A stretch of DNA of 64,000 bases, taken from positions 32,001 to 96,000 of the forward strand of contig JBBIJY010000003.1 of the NCBI GenBank assembly GCA_037445735.1, written 5' to 3'. Positions 19,103 through 29,400 of this stretch are shown here, in pieces. Made by a program: the position numbers and the translations under genes. Origin of the DNA: Armatimonadota bacterium. Its GTDB lineage: Bacteria; Armatimonadota; Fimbriimonadia; Fimbriimonadales; GBS-DC. The notes beneath the pieces were generated by a model, which was not told the DNA's origin, did not search any database, and worked only from the letters and a program-made list of their open reading frames with translations. Numbering within the stretch: the first letter of the stretch is position 1; each line of letters opens with the position of its first letter.

Positions 19103-20452
19103 ATGTTCGAAAGCCTGACCGATAAGCTGCAGGGCATTTTTGAGCGCATTCGCGGGCGCGGGCGGCTCGATGAGAAGACCGTCGACGAGGTGCTGCGCGA
19201 AATCCGCCTCGCCCTGCTCGAAGCCGATGTGAACTTCCGTGTGGTCAAGGCGTTCATCGCCCGCGTGCGCGAGAAGGCGGTCGGCGAGGAGGTGCTGAAA
19301 AGCCTTACACCCGACCAGCAGGTGATACGAATCGTGCGCGACGAGCTGATCGCGCTGCTGGGCGGTGAGGCGGAGCCGCTCCACTGGGCGGCGCAGCCTC
19401 CGACCGTGCTGATGCTCTGCGGTCTGCAAGGCTCCGGCAAGACCACCACCGCTGCCAAGCTTGCGCGCTGGCTGCGCTCGCAGGGGCGCAACCCGCTGCT
19501 GGTGGCTGCCGACCTGCAGCGCCCCGCCGCCATCAAACAGCTGGAGGTGCTGGGTCAGCAAATCGGCACGCCGGTGTTCACCCCCGCGCAGGGCAACGCC
19601 ACCGACGCCATCCAGACCGCCCAGCAAGCTGTCGCCTATGCCCGCGCGAACGGTCTCGACTGCGCCGTGCTGGACACCGCCGGACGCCTGCAGATCAACG
19701 AAGCGCTCATGCAGGAACTCCAGCGCGTCAAAGCCGCCGTCCAACCCCACGAGATTCTGCTGGTGGTCGACGCCACCACGGGTCAGGAGGCGGTGAATGT
19801 GGCGCAGGCGTTCCATGAGCAACTGGGGCTGACGGGCGTGATTCTGACCAAGCTGGACGGTGACGCGCGTGGGGGCGCCGCGCTCTCCATCAAAGCGGTG
19901 GTGGGCAAGCCCGTGCGATTCATCGGCACCGGCGAGCGCGTCGACGCGCTCGAACCGTTCTACCCTGACCGAATCGCCAGCCGCATCCTCGGCATGGGCG
20001 ATGTGCTGTCGCTGATTGAGCGCGTGGAGCAGACCATCCAGGAAGAAGAGGCACGCCAGCTGGAGAAAAAGATGCGCGAGGCGCGCCTCGATTTCAACGA
20101 CCTGCTCCAGCAGATCCGCCAGATTCAGCGCATGGGACCGTTCGAACAGCTGCTCCAGCTGCTGCCGGGCTTCTCGCAGATTAAAAGCCAGCTGGGTGAG
20201 GTGGCGGTCGATGACCGTGCGCTCAAGCGGGCGGAGGCGATTATCCTTTCGATGACGCCGCAGGAGCGTCGCCACCCGGAGATTCTGGACTACAGTCGCA
20301 AGTTGCGGATTGCGCGGGGCAGCGGCACGCGCCTGGAGGAGGTGAGCGCGCTGGTGCGCCAGCTGATGGAGATGCGCCGCCTGATGAAGCAGCTCACGCG
20401 GCAGGAGGAGCAGCTCCGCCGCCGCAAGTGGCACCCCTTCAAACGGCGCTGA
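19103..20452 (+). CDS. ffh: signal recognition particle protein
   Basis: ALLEADVN, GLQGSGKTT, DTAGR, TKLDGDARGG, RIARGSG. Confidence 0.98.
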   Translation: MFESLTDKLQGIFERIRGRGRLDEKTVDEVLREIRLALLEADVNFRVVKAFIARVREKAVGEEVLKSLTPDQQVIRIVRDELIALLGGEAEPLHWAAQPPTVLMLCGLQGSGKTTTAAKLARWLRSQGRNPLLVAADLQRPAAIKQLEVLGQQIGTPVFTPAQGNATDAIQTAQQAVAYARANGLDCAVLDTAGRLQINEALMQELQRVKAAVQPHEILLVVDATTGQEAVNVAQAFHEQLGLTGVILTKLDGDARGGAALSIKAVVGKPVRFIGTGERVDALEPFYPDRIASRILGMGDVLSLIERVEQTIQEEEARQLEKKMREARLDFNDLLQQIRQIQRMGPFEQLLQLLPGFSQIKSQLGEVAVDDRALKRAEAIILSMTPQERRHPEILDYSRKLRIARGSGTRLEEVSALVRQLMEMRRLMKQLTRQEEQLRRRKWHPFKRR

Positions 20453-20460
20453 GGCGAGCG

Positions 20461-21129
20461 CTACTCCAGCGGGATCAGGCGGATGTTGCGAAAGTGGATT
20501 TCGCCCCCTTCCGATTGGAGCGCGATCTTGCCTGGTCGCACCTCCGCGCCCCAGCCCTCGTTCACCACCTCGCCGTTCACCTTGAGCGTGATGCGGTCGC
20601 CCTTCACGATAATCTCATACTCGTTCCATTCAGGCGCAGGCTTCTCGGCGGTCTTCTTGCGCCAGCGGTGGCGCGGCGCGTTCTTGTCGACATATTCGGG
20701 ATCGGTCTCCAGCGGCGCCCCATCAATCAGCCAGAAGTCGCCCGAATTCATATACATCAGCTGTGCCTCAATAGAGCGCGGCCAGATTTTATGCTCGCCA
20801 TGCACGCGCAACAGCACGCCGCTGTTGCCCGGCTGCTTGCCTGGCGCCCATCGCCACTCCAGCTTCAAAATGAAGTTCGTGTAATCCTTTCGGGTGTAGA
20901 TGTAGCCGGGCGGCGAGCCTTTGCAGATGAGGATGCCCTGCTCTTTGTCCACACTCCACACATCCTCCATCTTCGCGTTCGGGTCCGCCAGATAGTAGTC
21001 CCAGCCCGACAGGTCTTTACCGTTGAAGAGTTTGATCTCTTTGCCTGCCGGTTTGGGCTGCTGCTGAAGCCCGAAGCCCGTCAGCAGACCAATCAGCAAC
21101 AGCACGCCGATACACCCGTAGAGTCGCAT
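20461..21129 (-). CDS. secreted DUF1080 / 3-keto-disaccharide hydrolase family protein
   Basis: LFNGKDLSGW, NSGV, EWNEYEI, IALQSEG, FRNI. Confidence 0.9.
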   Translation of the reverse strand: MRLYGCIGVLLLIGLLTGFGLQQQPKPAGKEIKLFNGKDLSGWDYYLADPNAKMEDVWSVDKEQGILICKGSPPGYIYTRKDYTNFILKLEWRWAPGKQPGNSGVLLRVHGEHKIWPRSIEAQLMYMNSGDFWLIDGAPLETDPEYVDKNAPRHRWRKKTAEKPAPEWNEYEIIVKGDRITLKVNGEVVNEGWGAEVRPGKIALQSEGGEIHFRNIRLIPLE

Positions 21130-21269
21130 CGTTTTCCCTCCTCATCAGGGGATTTCGGGACGGGAGGGCAATCTCCTGCTTTCTGGTGTATAATGACCTC
21201 TGACAGGGGGCGCAGCAGGGAACCTCTGGGGGGGCGGAATCGTTCCAGAAACCTCTGGAGGAGGGACAC

Positions 21270-22799
21270 ATGCAAAGCGGGAGCCGTTTTATCCGACTGG
21301 TTGGATGGCTGCTGGCGGGTTTCATCGGCAGCTTACTGATGGCAGGGGCAGACCTGACCCCTGAATGGGTCACGCGCATCGCCTCCAGCTACTCCGATAG
21401 CCTGACCAGCATGCTGGTGGATAGCGCGGGGCAGGTCTATATTGTTGGTTCCACGGGCGCTTCGAGCAATCGCAGCATTCGAGCCGCCGCGATTAATCCC
21501 GACGGCACGGTTCGCTGGTCGAGCGTGTTGAGCAGCGGGCAGGCGGGCGGCGCGGCGCTCGGTGCTGATGGCGCCCTCTACATCGCGGGCAGTGCGCCCG
21601 GTCAGGGAGGTGCCTCCGACCTGATTCTGCTCAAATGCGACGCCAGCACGGGCAACCTGCTGCAGACCTATCGGTACAGCCGGGGCGCTGGCATCGCCGC
21701 AATCGGTGGGGCTGTGGCAGTGGACGCCCAGGGCAATCTCTATATCATGGGCGCCACGACGGGCGATGGCGCCGATGTGCTGCTGCTCAAGCTCGACGCC
21801 AGCCTGCAGCTGCAGTGGACGCGACTCTGGGACGGTCCTGCCAGCGTGCCCTACTCGCAGGATAGCGGCGTGCAGATGCTGCTGGATCCAGCGGGCAACC
21901 CCGTGCTGCTCATACGGGCAGTGATGGCGGACAACCAGCCGGATTATATGGTCGTCAAATACAGTCCCAGCGGCGCCATCCTCTGGCAGCAGAACTGGGG
22001 CACGCGCGCAGGCGATACGCCGCTGAAGATGGTGATGGACACCAGCGGCGACATCTATGTAACGGGATCCACCACCCGCACGACGCTGGTTTACGGCACC
22101 ATCAAACTGCGGGGCAGCGACGGGCAACTGCTGTGGGAGCAAATCGATTCGCAGGCGCTTCGCGACATCGGGCGTAGCCTCGCGCTCGACGCGCAGGGCG
22201 ATGTCTACATCACGGGCAGTGTCGACCCCGAAGGCAACGAAAGCAACTTCAACGACAACTTCTACACCGTGAAGCGCGGGGGCGCGACGGGCACGCCGCG
22301 CCGCTGGAGCCATCTCTACGGGCAAAACTGCGTGAACTGCTTCGATGTCCCCGCCGATATCGCCGTCGACTCCGCCGGGCATGTGCTGGTGGTCGGGCGA
22401 ACCAGCTCGCCGCCCTATGTGAACGACATGATTCTGCTCGTGCTGAACGCGCAGACGGGTCAGGAGCAGGATCGCGGCGTGGTGGATAGCGGCAGCGCCA
22501 TCTGGGGCGTGGAACCCGGCATCCTGCGGCTGGACAGCCGCGAAAACATCTATGTGGGCGCCGTGTTCAGGAACCTGAACACCGAAGTGCGGGAGCTGAC
22601 CGTCATCAAATATCGCTCCCTGACGCGCCCGCAGGGCGATGTGAACGGCGACGGCTGTGTGGACGATGCGGACCTGTTAGCCGTGCTGTTCGCGTTCGGG
22701 CAGTCGGGCAGCGGCTTGCCCGAAGATGTGAACGGCGACGGTATAGTGGACGACGCCGACCTGCTAATTGTGCTGTTCAACTTCGGAAACGGATGTTGA
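21270..22799 (+). CDS. secreted SBBP-type beta-propeller protein with C-terminal dockerin-like tail
   Basis: Signal peptide; repeated (V/L)DxxG(N/D)xY(I/V)xG blades; tail GDVNGDGCVDDADLL...FGNGC. Confidence 0.75.
   Translation: MQSGSRFIRLVGWLLAGFIGSLLMAGADLTPEWVTRIASSYSDSLTSMLVDSAGQVYIVGSTGASSNRSIRAAAINPDGTVRWSSVLSSGQAGGAALGADGALYIAGSAPGQGGASDLILLKCDASTGNLLQTYRYSRGAGIAAIGGAVAVDAQGNLYIMGATTGDGADVLLLKLDASLQLQWTRLWDGPASVPYSQDSGVQMLLDPAGNPVLLIRAVMADNQPDYMVVKYSPSGAILWQQNWGTRAGDTPLKMVMDTSGDIYVTGSTTRTTLVYGTIKLRGSDGQLLWEQIDSQALRDIGRSLALDAQGDVYITGSVDPEGNESNFNDNFYTVKRGGATGTPRRWSHLYGQNCVNCFDVPADIAVDSAGHVLVVGRTSSPPYVNDMILLVLNAQTGQEQDRGVVDSGSAIWGVEPGILRLDSRENIYVGAVFRNLNTEVRELTVIKYRSLTRPQGDVNGDGCVDDADLLAVLFAFGQSGSGLPEDVNGDGIVDDADLLIVLFNFGNGC
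22633..22799 (+). repeat. copy 1 of near-identical tail-coding cassette
   Basis: 22633-22765 is identical to 24343-24475. Confidence 0.95.
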
Positions 22800-22817
22800 G
22801 AAGGAGGTGCAATCGCC

Positions 22818-24509
22818 ATGCGCAACGGCTGGTTTGAAGCGTGCTGGCGGCGCGCGGGTTCCCGCTGGCGGTGGAGCCTGCTCGCGTGTCTGGTGCTGTG
22901 CTGGTCGTCGGGGCTGGCTCAGCCGCAGATTCAGTCGCTTTCCGCCACGAGCCTGCCCCGCAGTGGGCGGCTGCGCATCTTCGGCACAGGGTTCGGTGCG
23001 CCCTCGTCCAGCAGCTTCGTGACGATTGGTGGCGTGCGCTGCTGGACGACGCGCTGGACGGATACCGCCATCACCGCCTATGTGCCCGAATCGCTCGCGC
23101 TGGGCAGCCATCCCGTGCAGGTGGTGACGCCCGCAGGCGCGAGCAACACGGTGCCGCTGCAGGTTACAGCACGCACACCGCAGGGGCGCGTGCTGTGGCG
23201 CTTTCAGGCGGATGCAGACTATATTTATCAGCGCCCCGCTGTGGGACCCGATGGTACGATTGTGGTTCACGACTCGCGCGGCTATGTCTACGCGCTCAGC
23301 CCCGATGGGGGCTTGAGATGGGTTTTCGCCGCAGGCATCCCCTACGGACCGCCCTCCATCGGCAGCGACGGCACGGTCTATGTGGGCACGGGAGCCACCG
23401 TTAAGGCGATCAACGGCGCAACGGGCGCACTCCGCTGGCAGTTCACGGACAACACATCGGGCGCGCTCTGGATTATCGCTGGTCCGACGGTGGGTCCTGA
23501 TGGGAATATCTACGCGGTGACCAATACCTCCACATCGGGCGGCGGGCGGGGCGTCTTCTCGCTCACGCCCGCAGGACAACTCCGCTGGAGCGCACGCGGC
23601 AACCCGAATGTGTTTGAATATGGCTCTCTGGGCGTTGAAATCGTGTTTGGCGCCTCCCAATCGGGACGCCAGCCAGACCAGCTCTATGTGGCGTTCGATG
23701 AGCAGGGGGTGGCGATGTCGTCCCTGTTCGCCTTTCGGATGACAGGCGGGCAACGATGGTCGGTTACCACAGGCGGGCAGACCCAGAGCGGGTTCTCGCA
23801 GCCGCAGTGCCAGCCCGCGGTGGGACCCGATGGCACCATCTATCTCACAACCTTTTCGTCGTCAGCCGGTCATCAGTTGCAGGCGGTGAACCCTTCGAAC
23901 GGCTCGTTCCGCTGGGTCGTCACCCTCGATCCGGGCAACGATGTGTCCGCGCCCGATGTGGGTGTGGACGGCACCATCTATGTGGCGCATGCGCTGAGCT
24001 ATTTGAGCGCGTATGCGCCCAACGGCACGCGCCGATGGCGGATTTTCGATGGGGGCGTCCTGAAATACCCCATCGTCAGCCCGAGCAACCGCGCGCTGGT
24101 AGCGGGACAGCAGCCTCAGCTGGGCATGCCAGGCGCGGCACGCGGGTATAACCCCAGCAACGGGCAGCTGCTCTGGGAGGTGCTGCTGGGCAGCGAAAAC
24201 GGCGGCAATCAGGTGCTGTTCTCGCGCCCGCGCTTCTCCCGCGATGGGCGCATCGTCTACTTCGGGACCACCATCCTGGGACAGAACAGCCAGGACCCGT
24301 ATTGCTATCTGTATGCCGTTTATGCGGACCCCTCCTGGCAGGAGGGCGATGTGAACGGCGACGGCTGTGTGGACGATGCGGACCTGTTAGCCGTGCTGTT
24401 CGCGTTCGGGCAGTCGGGCAGCGGCTTGCCCGAAGATGTGAACGGCGACGGTATAGTGGACGACGCCGACCTGCTGATTGTGCTGTTCAACTTCGGAGAT
24501 GGGTGTTAG
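22818..24509 (+). CDS. secreted IPT/TIG plus PQQ-like beta-propeller protein with dockerin-like tail
   Basis: Signal peptide; IFGTGFG...WTDTAITAYVP (TIG); PAVGPDGTIY/GxLRW blades; same tail. Confidence 0.8.
   Translation: MRNGWFEACWRRAGSRWRWSLLACLVLCWSSGLAQPQIQSLSATSLPRSGRLRIFGTGFGAPSSSSFVTIGGVRCWTTRWTDTAITAYVPESLALGSHPVQVVTPAGASNTVPLQVTARTPQGRVLWRFQADADYIYQRPAVGPDGTIVVHDSRGYVYALSPDGGLRWVFAAGIPYGPPSIGSDGTVYVGTGATVKAINGATGALRWQFTDNTSGALWIIAGPTVGPDGNIYAVTNTSTSGGGRGVFSLTPAGQLRWSARGNPNVFEYGSLGVEIVFGASQSGRQPDQLYVAFDEQGVAMSSLFAFRMTGGQRWSVTTGGQTQSGFSQPQCQPAVGPDGTIYLTTFSSSAGHQLQAVNPSNGSFRWVVTLDPGNDVSAPDVGVDGTIYVAHALSYLSAYAPNGTRRWRIFDGGVLKYPIVSPSNRALVAGQQPQLGMPGAARGYNPSNGQLLWEVLLGSENGGNQVLFSRPRFSRDGRIVYFGTTILGQNSQDPYCYLYAVYADPSWQEGDVNGDGCVDDADLLAVLFAFGQSGSGLPEDVNGDGIVDDADLLIVLFNFGDGC
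24343..24509 (+). repeat. copy 2 of near-identical tail-coding cassette
   Basis: Direct repeat of 22633-22799 at offset 1710. Confidence 0.95.
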
Positions 24510-26416
24510 GCGAGCGCTTCCAGCACGCGCAGGGCGATCTGGGCGTTGCCAGCGGGCGGCATCAGATAGATGCCCTGCGCGCAGGGCGCCGCGGCGCGGA
24601 CGAACGCCTGCGCGATCTCCAGCCCCACCTCCAGCGCGCGCTCTTCGGGCGCCTCCGCCATCCGACGCAGCACCGCTTCGGGAATGCGGATGCCCGGCAC
24701 CTCGTTATGCATGAACTCGGCATGGCGGGCACTGCGCAGGGGCAGCACGCCCACAAACCACGGCACGCCCAGCCGCTGGCACAGCTCCGCCGTCGCCTCC
24801 ACAATCGGCATCTCGAAAATCGGCTGCGTGTAGACCAGGTGCGCTCCCTCGTCCACCTTGCGCTGGAGCCGCTCGCGCTCCATCGCCAGATCGGGCGCCA
24901 GCGGGTTATAGGCGACGGCAATCGTGAAGTTCGCCCGCATGCCAATCGTGTTGCCCGCCAGATCGATGCCCTCGTTGAACCGCTTCAGAATGCGCACCAG
25001 CCCGATGGCGTCCACATCGAACACGCTGGTGGCGGTCGGATAGTCGCCGATCTGGGCGGGGTCGCCCGTGATTGCCAGCACATTGCGGATGCCCAGCGCG
25101 TGCGCGCCCAGCAGGTCCGACTGAATCGCCAGCAGGTTGCGGTCGCGGCAGGCGAAATGCATCATCACTTCAATCCCTGCCTGCTCCTGAATGAGGTGCG
25201 AGATTGCCATCACATTCATGCGCAGGCGGGCGCGCGCCCCGTCCGAGATGTCGATCAGATGCACGCCGTTCTCTTTGAGCAGGCGGGCGCTCTCTATCAC
25301 CTTCTGAACGGTCAGTCCACGCGGCAGGTCCAGCTCCACCGTGATGACGCGCTCTTTGCCCAGCCGTTGCGCGAGCTGGGAGGGGCTGGCGAGCGGCAGT
25401 TCGGCGGGCAGGCGTTCGCGCAGGGCGCCCCCTCTCCCCTCTGGGGAGAGGGCCGGGGTGGGGGGTCTCCTTGCCGGGTGGACACGCGGCTTCGCGCTCG
25501 CCACCGCACGGGCGACAGCGCGAATGTGGTCGGGCGTCGTGCCGCAGCAGCCTCCGACAATCTGTGCGCCCGCCTCCACCAGCCGCGCCGCATAGCGCCC
25601 GAAATAGTCGGGCTGAATATCGTACACCACCTGACCGCGCACCAGCTGGGGCAAGCCGGGCGTCGGCATCGCCGAGAGGGGCAACTCGCTCGCATGCGCC
25701 ATCATGCGAACGATGTCCAGCATGCGCTGGGGACCCACCACGCAGTTGGCGCCTATCGCGTCCACGCCGAGTGTGCTGAGGTGGCGGGCGAACCGTTCGG
25801 GCAAGCCCTCCATCAGCGTCTCGCCGTCCTCAATAAAGCCTTTGGAGGCGATCAGCGGCAGGTCGGGCGCGAGGCGGCGCACCGCGCGGATGGCGACCTC
25901 CAGCTCGCGCGGGTCGGTGAAGGTCTCCAGAACGATGCCGTCGACGCCCGCCTCGATGAGCGCCTGCGCCTGCTCGGTGAACGCCTGCTCCGCCTCCTGT
26001 AGCCGAATCTCGCCTAACGGCTCCAGCGGTTTGCCGACGGGTCCGATGGAGCCGAAGATGAGCGCGTCGCCCCCCACCGCGTCGCGCGCCAGCTCCACCG
26101 CCCGCTGATTGATGCGGCGCACCAGCTCTTCAGGCGAGCCGTACTGCTCCAGCAGGCTCTGCGCGGGCGGCAACTCGCTGCCCCGTTCAGGAATGTTCAG
26201 CAGGCGGATGCGGTTCGAGGTGTAGGTGTTGGTCTCGATCAGCCGTGCGCCCGCCTCGTAATAGGCGCGATGGATCTGCTGAACCAGTTCGGGCTGGGTC
26301 AGGTTCGCCAGATCGTAGGGCATCGGGATGCCCCGCAGCGCGAGCATCGTGCCCATCGCCCCGTCGGCAACCAGCACCCCCTGCGCCAATCGCTCCGCAA
26401 ACTCCTGCCGCGTCAT
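24506..26416 (-). CDS. yitJ: bifunctional homocysteine S-methyltransferase / methylenetetrahydrofolate reductase
   Basis: VADGAMGT, ETNTY, GANC, GGCCGTTPDHI; MTHFR part HFACRDRNL, TGDP, YTQP. Confidence 0.9.
   Translation of the reverse strand: MTRQEFAERLAQGVLVADGAMGTMLALRGIPMPYDLANLTQPELVQQIHRAYYEAGARLIETNTYTSNRIRLLNIPERGSELPPAQSLLEQYGSPEELVRRINQRAVELARDAVGGDALIFGSIGPVGKPLEPLGEIRLQEAEQAFTEQAQALIEAGVDGIVLETFTDPRELEVAIRAVRRLAPDLPLIASKGFIEDGETLMEGLPERFARHLSTLGVDAIGANCVVGPQRMLDIVRMMAHASELPLSAMPTPGLPQLVRGQVVYDIQPDYFGRYAARLVEAGAQIVGGCCGTTPDHIRAVARAVASAKPRVHPARRPPTPALSPEGRGGALRERLPAELPLASPSQLAQRLGKERVITVELDLPRGLTVQKVIESARLLKENGVHLIDISDGARARLRMNVMAISHLIQEQAGIEVMMHFACRDRNLLAIQSDLLGAHALGIRNVLAITGDPAQIGDYPTATSVFDVDAIGLVRILKRFNEGIDLAGNTIGMRANFTIAVAYNPLAPDLAMERERLQRKVDEGAHLVYTQPIFEMPIVEATAELCQRLGVPWFVGVLPLRSARHAEFMHNEVPGIRIPEAVLRRMAEAPEERALEVGLEIAQAFVRAAAPCAQGIYLMPPAGNAQIALRVLEALA
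25428..25466. repeat. palindromic repeat inserted in-frame in the yitJ linker
   Basis: CCCCCTCTCCCCTCTGGGGAGAGGGCCGGGGTGGGGG; encodes [13 protein letters not shown]. Confidence 0.85.
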
Positions 26417-26484
26417 CTTCAGGGGGATTGTACCATAAACGGGCGTTCCACACCCATGCGCGAGCGGGTCTGATGGCGGCATCC

Positions 26485-29400
26485 TCAGCAGGACTCGCCC
26501 CCACCGATTGCCTCTAACACCACCTTTCCAATCGCCTCCGCCTGTTCGGGGTAGGCGCGAATCAACACAGCGCACATCCTCAGCGCAGACAGCCTGAAAT
26601 AGGCGCACGGTAGCAGGAGCTGCTTGTAATACTGCCGGTCGCCCGCCTCCACCATTGCCTTTGCAACTCTTGGGAAAACCTCATGATATTTGCCTGCGAG
26701 CAGCTGGGCAGTGTTCACCGCATCGGCAAACAGTCCTGCCCGCGCCTGCTCTTGCGCTATCACCCGCGCCCCAATATGCTTTTCTATATCGGGAACCCCC
26801 CGAACAACATTCACTGCTTCGTCAAAGAGCTGAATGGCTTGCTCCCTCTGCCCTTCTCGCGCCAGCGCTTCAGCTCTCAACGCCGACTCCCAAACCCCTC
26901 GGCAAGTCGCCGTCTCAATCCTCGGATAAGCCTTCAGCGCTTCGTCAAAGATTTGCTGGGCTTCTTCCCTTTGCCCTACCAACGCGAGTGATTCTGCAAT
27001 CGCTGTCAGTGCATTTGCTCTCCAATAAGGCTCCACAATCACCCGAGCAGCAGCAAGCGCTTCCCCAAAGACTTGCTCGGCTTGTTCTCTTTGCCCTGAT
27101 CGTGCCCGTGCTTCAGCAATCGCTGCCAATGCCCAAATCGGTGTATACGCGTCGACAATTCGAGAGGTGGTTCCCAGCGTTTCGGCAAAGAGTCGCAGAG
27201 CTTCCTCCCGTTGCCCTGACTGTGCCAGCCTTTTGACCCTCTTCACTTGCGCCTCCGCCCTCTGATACAAATCGATAGTCTCAAGCTCAACTTCCGATTC
27301 TTCTTCAGGAGCCTGCGCAGTTTCTTCTGTAAAAGAGCGCTCGATATCAGTCCAACAGTGGTCGGGAAGCAGAGACTTGAGCTTCTCCAAGAAGCCCTTT
27401 TCTATGTCTTCAGCAATCAGCTGAAGCAGAGCGCTAGCAAACAGCTGGTGCCAGCGCCTCTCAAGAGAAAGAACAGACGACTCGGTCAAACGCTCAAGAA
27501 CAACTTTGCGCTGCTCGCGGTCGGGTTGGGCTTCCGCCAGCATGAGGTACCAGAGGGTGCGGATGCGGGCTTCATACATGTCGGCAACTTTCAGCGCGTG
27601 TTCCAGATTGCCCGTGGTGCGCCAGATTTCGTAGGGCGACCGGGTGCTGCGCGTCGCTTCGACAATCTGTGCATGGCGGAGCATTAGTTGAGTCAGTATC
27701 ACAGCCTCGTCGCGCTGGCTGGCGACCTGAATCGCCTGCTGGAGCGGTTTCAGGAGCAGGTCTGGCTCGGTGGGGAACGCCTCGCGTTGCGCCTGCAGGA
27801 AGTTATCATCCAGCGCCAGCGTGTAGAGCGCTTCGGCAGCCGCTTTATCGCGGGGGGCGCGCTCCATCAGGTGAGTGGAGTAGTGGCGCAGGGCGTAGCC
27901 GCTTTTGTGTTCCTTCCAGCGAGCGCAGTGGTTCAGCAGCGCCTGTTCCATCCACTCGGCTTCCCCGCCCAGCGCATTACGGAACTCTATCGCCAGCAGG
28001 GGGTGCGCGAACTGCCAGCCCGCCTCGGAGCAGAGGAACCAGCGGCGCACAGGCTGGGGCAGGTTCTGCAAGTCCCACACAGAGACCTCGCAGAGGGTTT
28101 CCAGATCGCTTTCAGGCAGGGGCGCTTTGACGACGGTGAGCAGGGCGAACATGCGTCGGATACCCTGCGCGTTGGACACATGCGACGCCAGCTGGCGAAT
28201 CTGGCGCTGGATGTATTCCTGCATCCCCCTCGGCGCGTTCTGAAGCGCCTGTTTCGGGTCTGGGGACTCCTGCAGATCTTCCAGCAGGTAGCGGGCGTAG
28301 AGTGTCAGCCCTTCGGTGCGCTGGTGAAGCTGGCTGATGAAGTCGGGGTCGTCGGCATAAGCGCGGAGCGGTTCAATATTGCTCACCCATTCGCGCAGGT
28401 CGTCTTCGCTCAGGGCGTCCAGCGCGAACTGGGCGTCGGCGCGTCGGAGCCACGCCTCAAGGTAGGGCGGCGGCTCAGGTCTATTGTCCCAGCGTGCGCT
28501 GACTATCACGAATATGCCGTCGGGCAGGGTATCGGGCAGGGGCGGATAGAGGATGGGCGCGTCCGCCTCGTCCAGCGCGTCTATCAGCAGCACGAGGCGC
28601 TTGCGTGGGGGCTTCAACTCGCGAATCTGATAGAGTAGTTGCGCACGCAGCTCGTCGGGATTGTTATCGGGCAGGTAGACCTGCATACTGGTGATGTGTC
28701 CCAGTTGCAGCAGCAGGTGGGCATAGGCGTACTCCACGCGCGTGCCCAGCCCGCCCAGCTCCTCGCGCGTGGAGAAGAAGTGGAACGCGACATCGGTGTC
28801 GCCGCGCGCCTGCAATCGGTTCAGCAGTTTCATCATCAGGCGGGTTTTGCCGTAGCCTGCGGGCGCATGCACCACCGCCGTCCCGCTGGAGCGCGTCGTG
28901 AGGAACGCTTCCAGATTCGCCAGAATATCGTGCCGCCCCACGAATATCTCCTGCGTGTAGGCTTGCAGGAATCGGAGCGTGCCCTCGTGGAGCAGGCGGT
29001 AGCGGTGCTTTTCGCCGAGCAGGTTGACGATGAACTCCACGCGCTCGCGGGTGTCGCGGATGGCGTGCAGGATGGGTTCGGTGATAGAGTGAGCCAGCTC
29101 ACGGGCGCGTTCCTGCCAGCGGTCAGGCTCCGATTCGAGCCACTCGCTGAAGGTGCGAGTGAACTGCTCGTGGCGCTCCTGCAGGAGCTGAACCCCCTGC
29201 GCGATTTCGGGCGTGAGTTGCTGCGTTTCACGCAGCGCCTGAAGAGTCGCGTCCAGCATCTGCTTCTGGAAGGCAATCCACGCACGCTGGTGCTGGGGGT
29301 CTTTGAGCAGCTGGGCGAACTCGTGCCGAAAGAGGTCGGGCAGGCGGGTTTTGAGGAACTCGCTCAGGCTGCTGGGGATAGGTGTGGGTTCTGTTAGACG

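Noticed and set aside
26417-26484. SAM riboswitch or T-box upstream of yitJ
   Set aside because: The spacer is only 68 bp, with a -10 box close to the start and no aptamer motifs.
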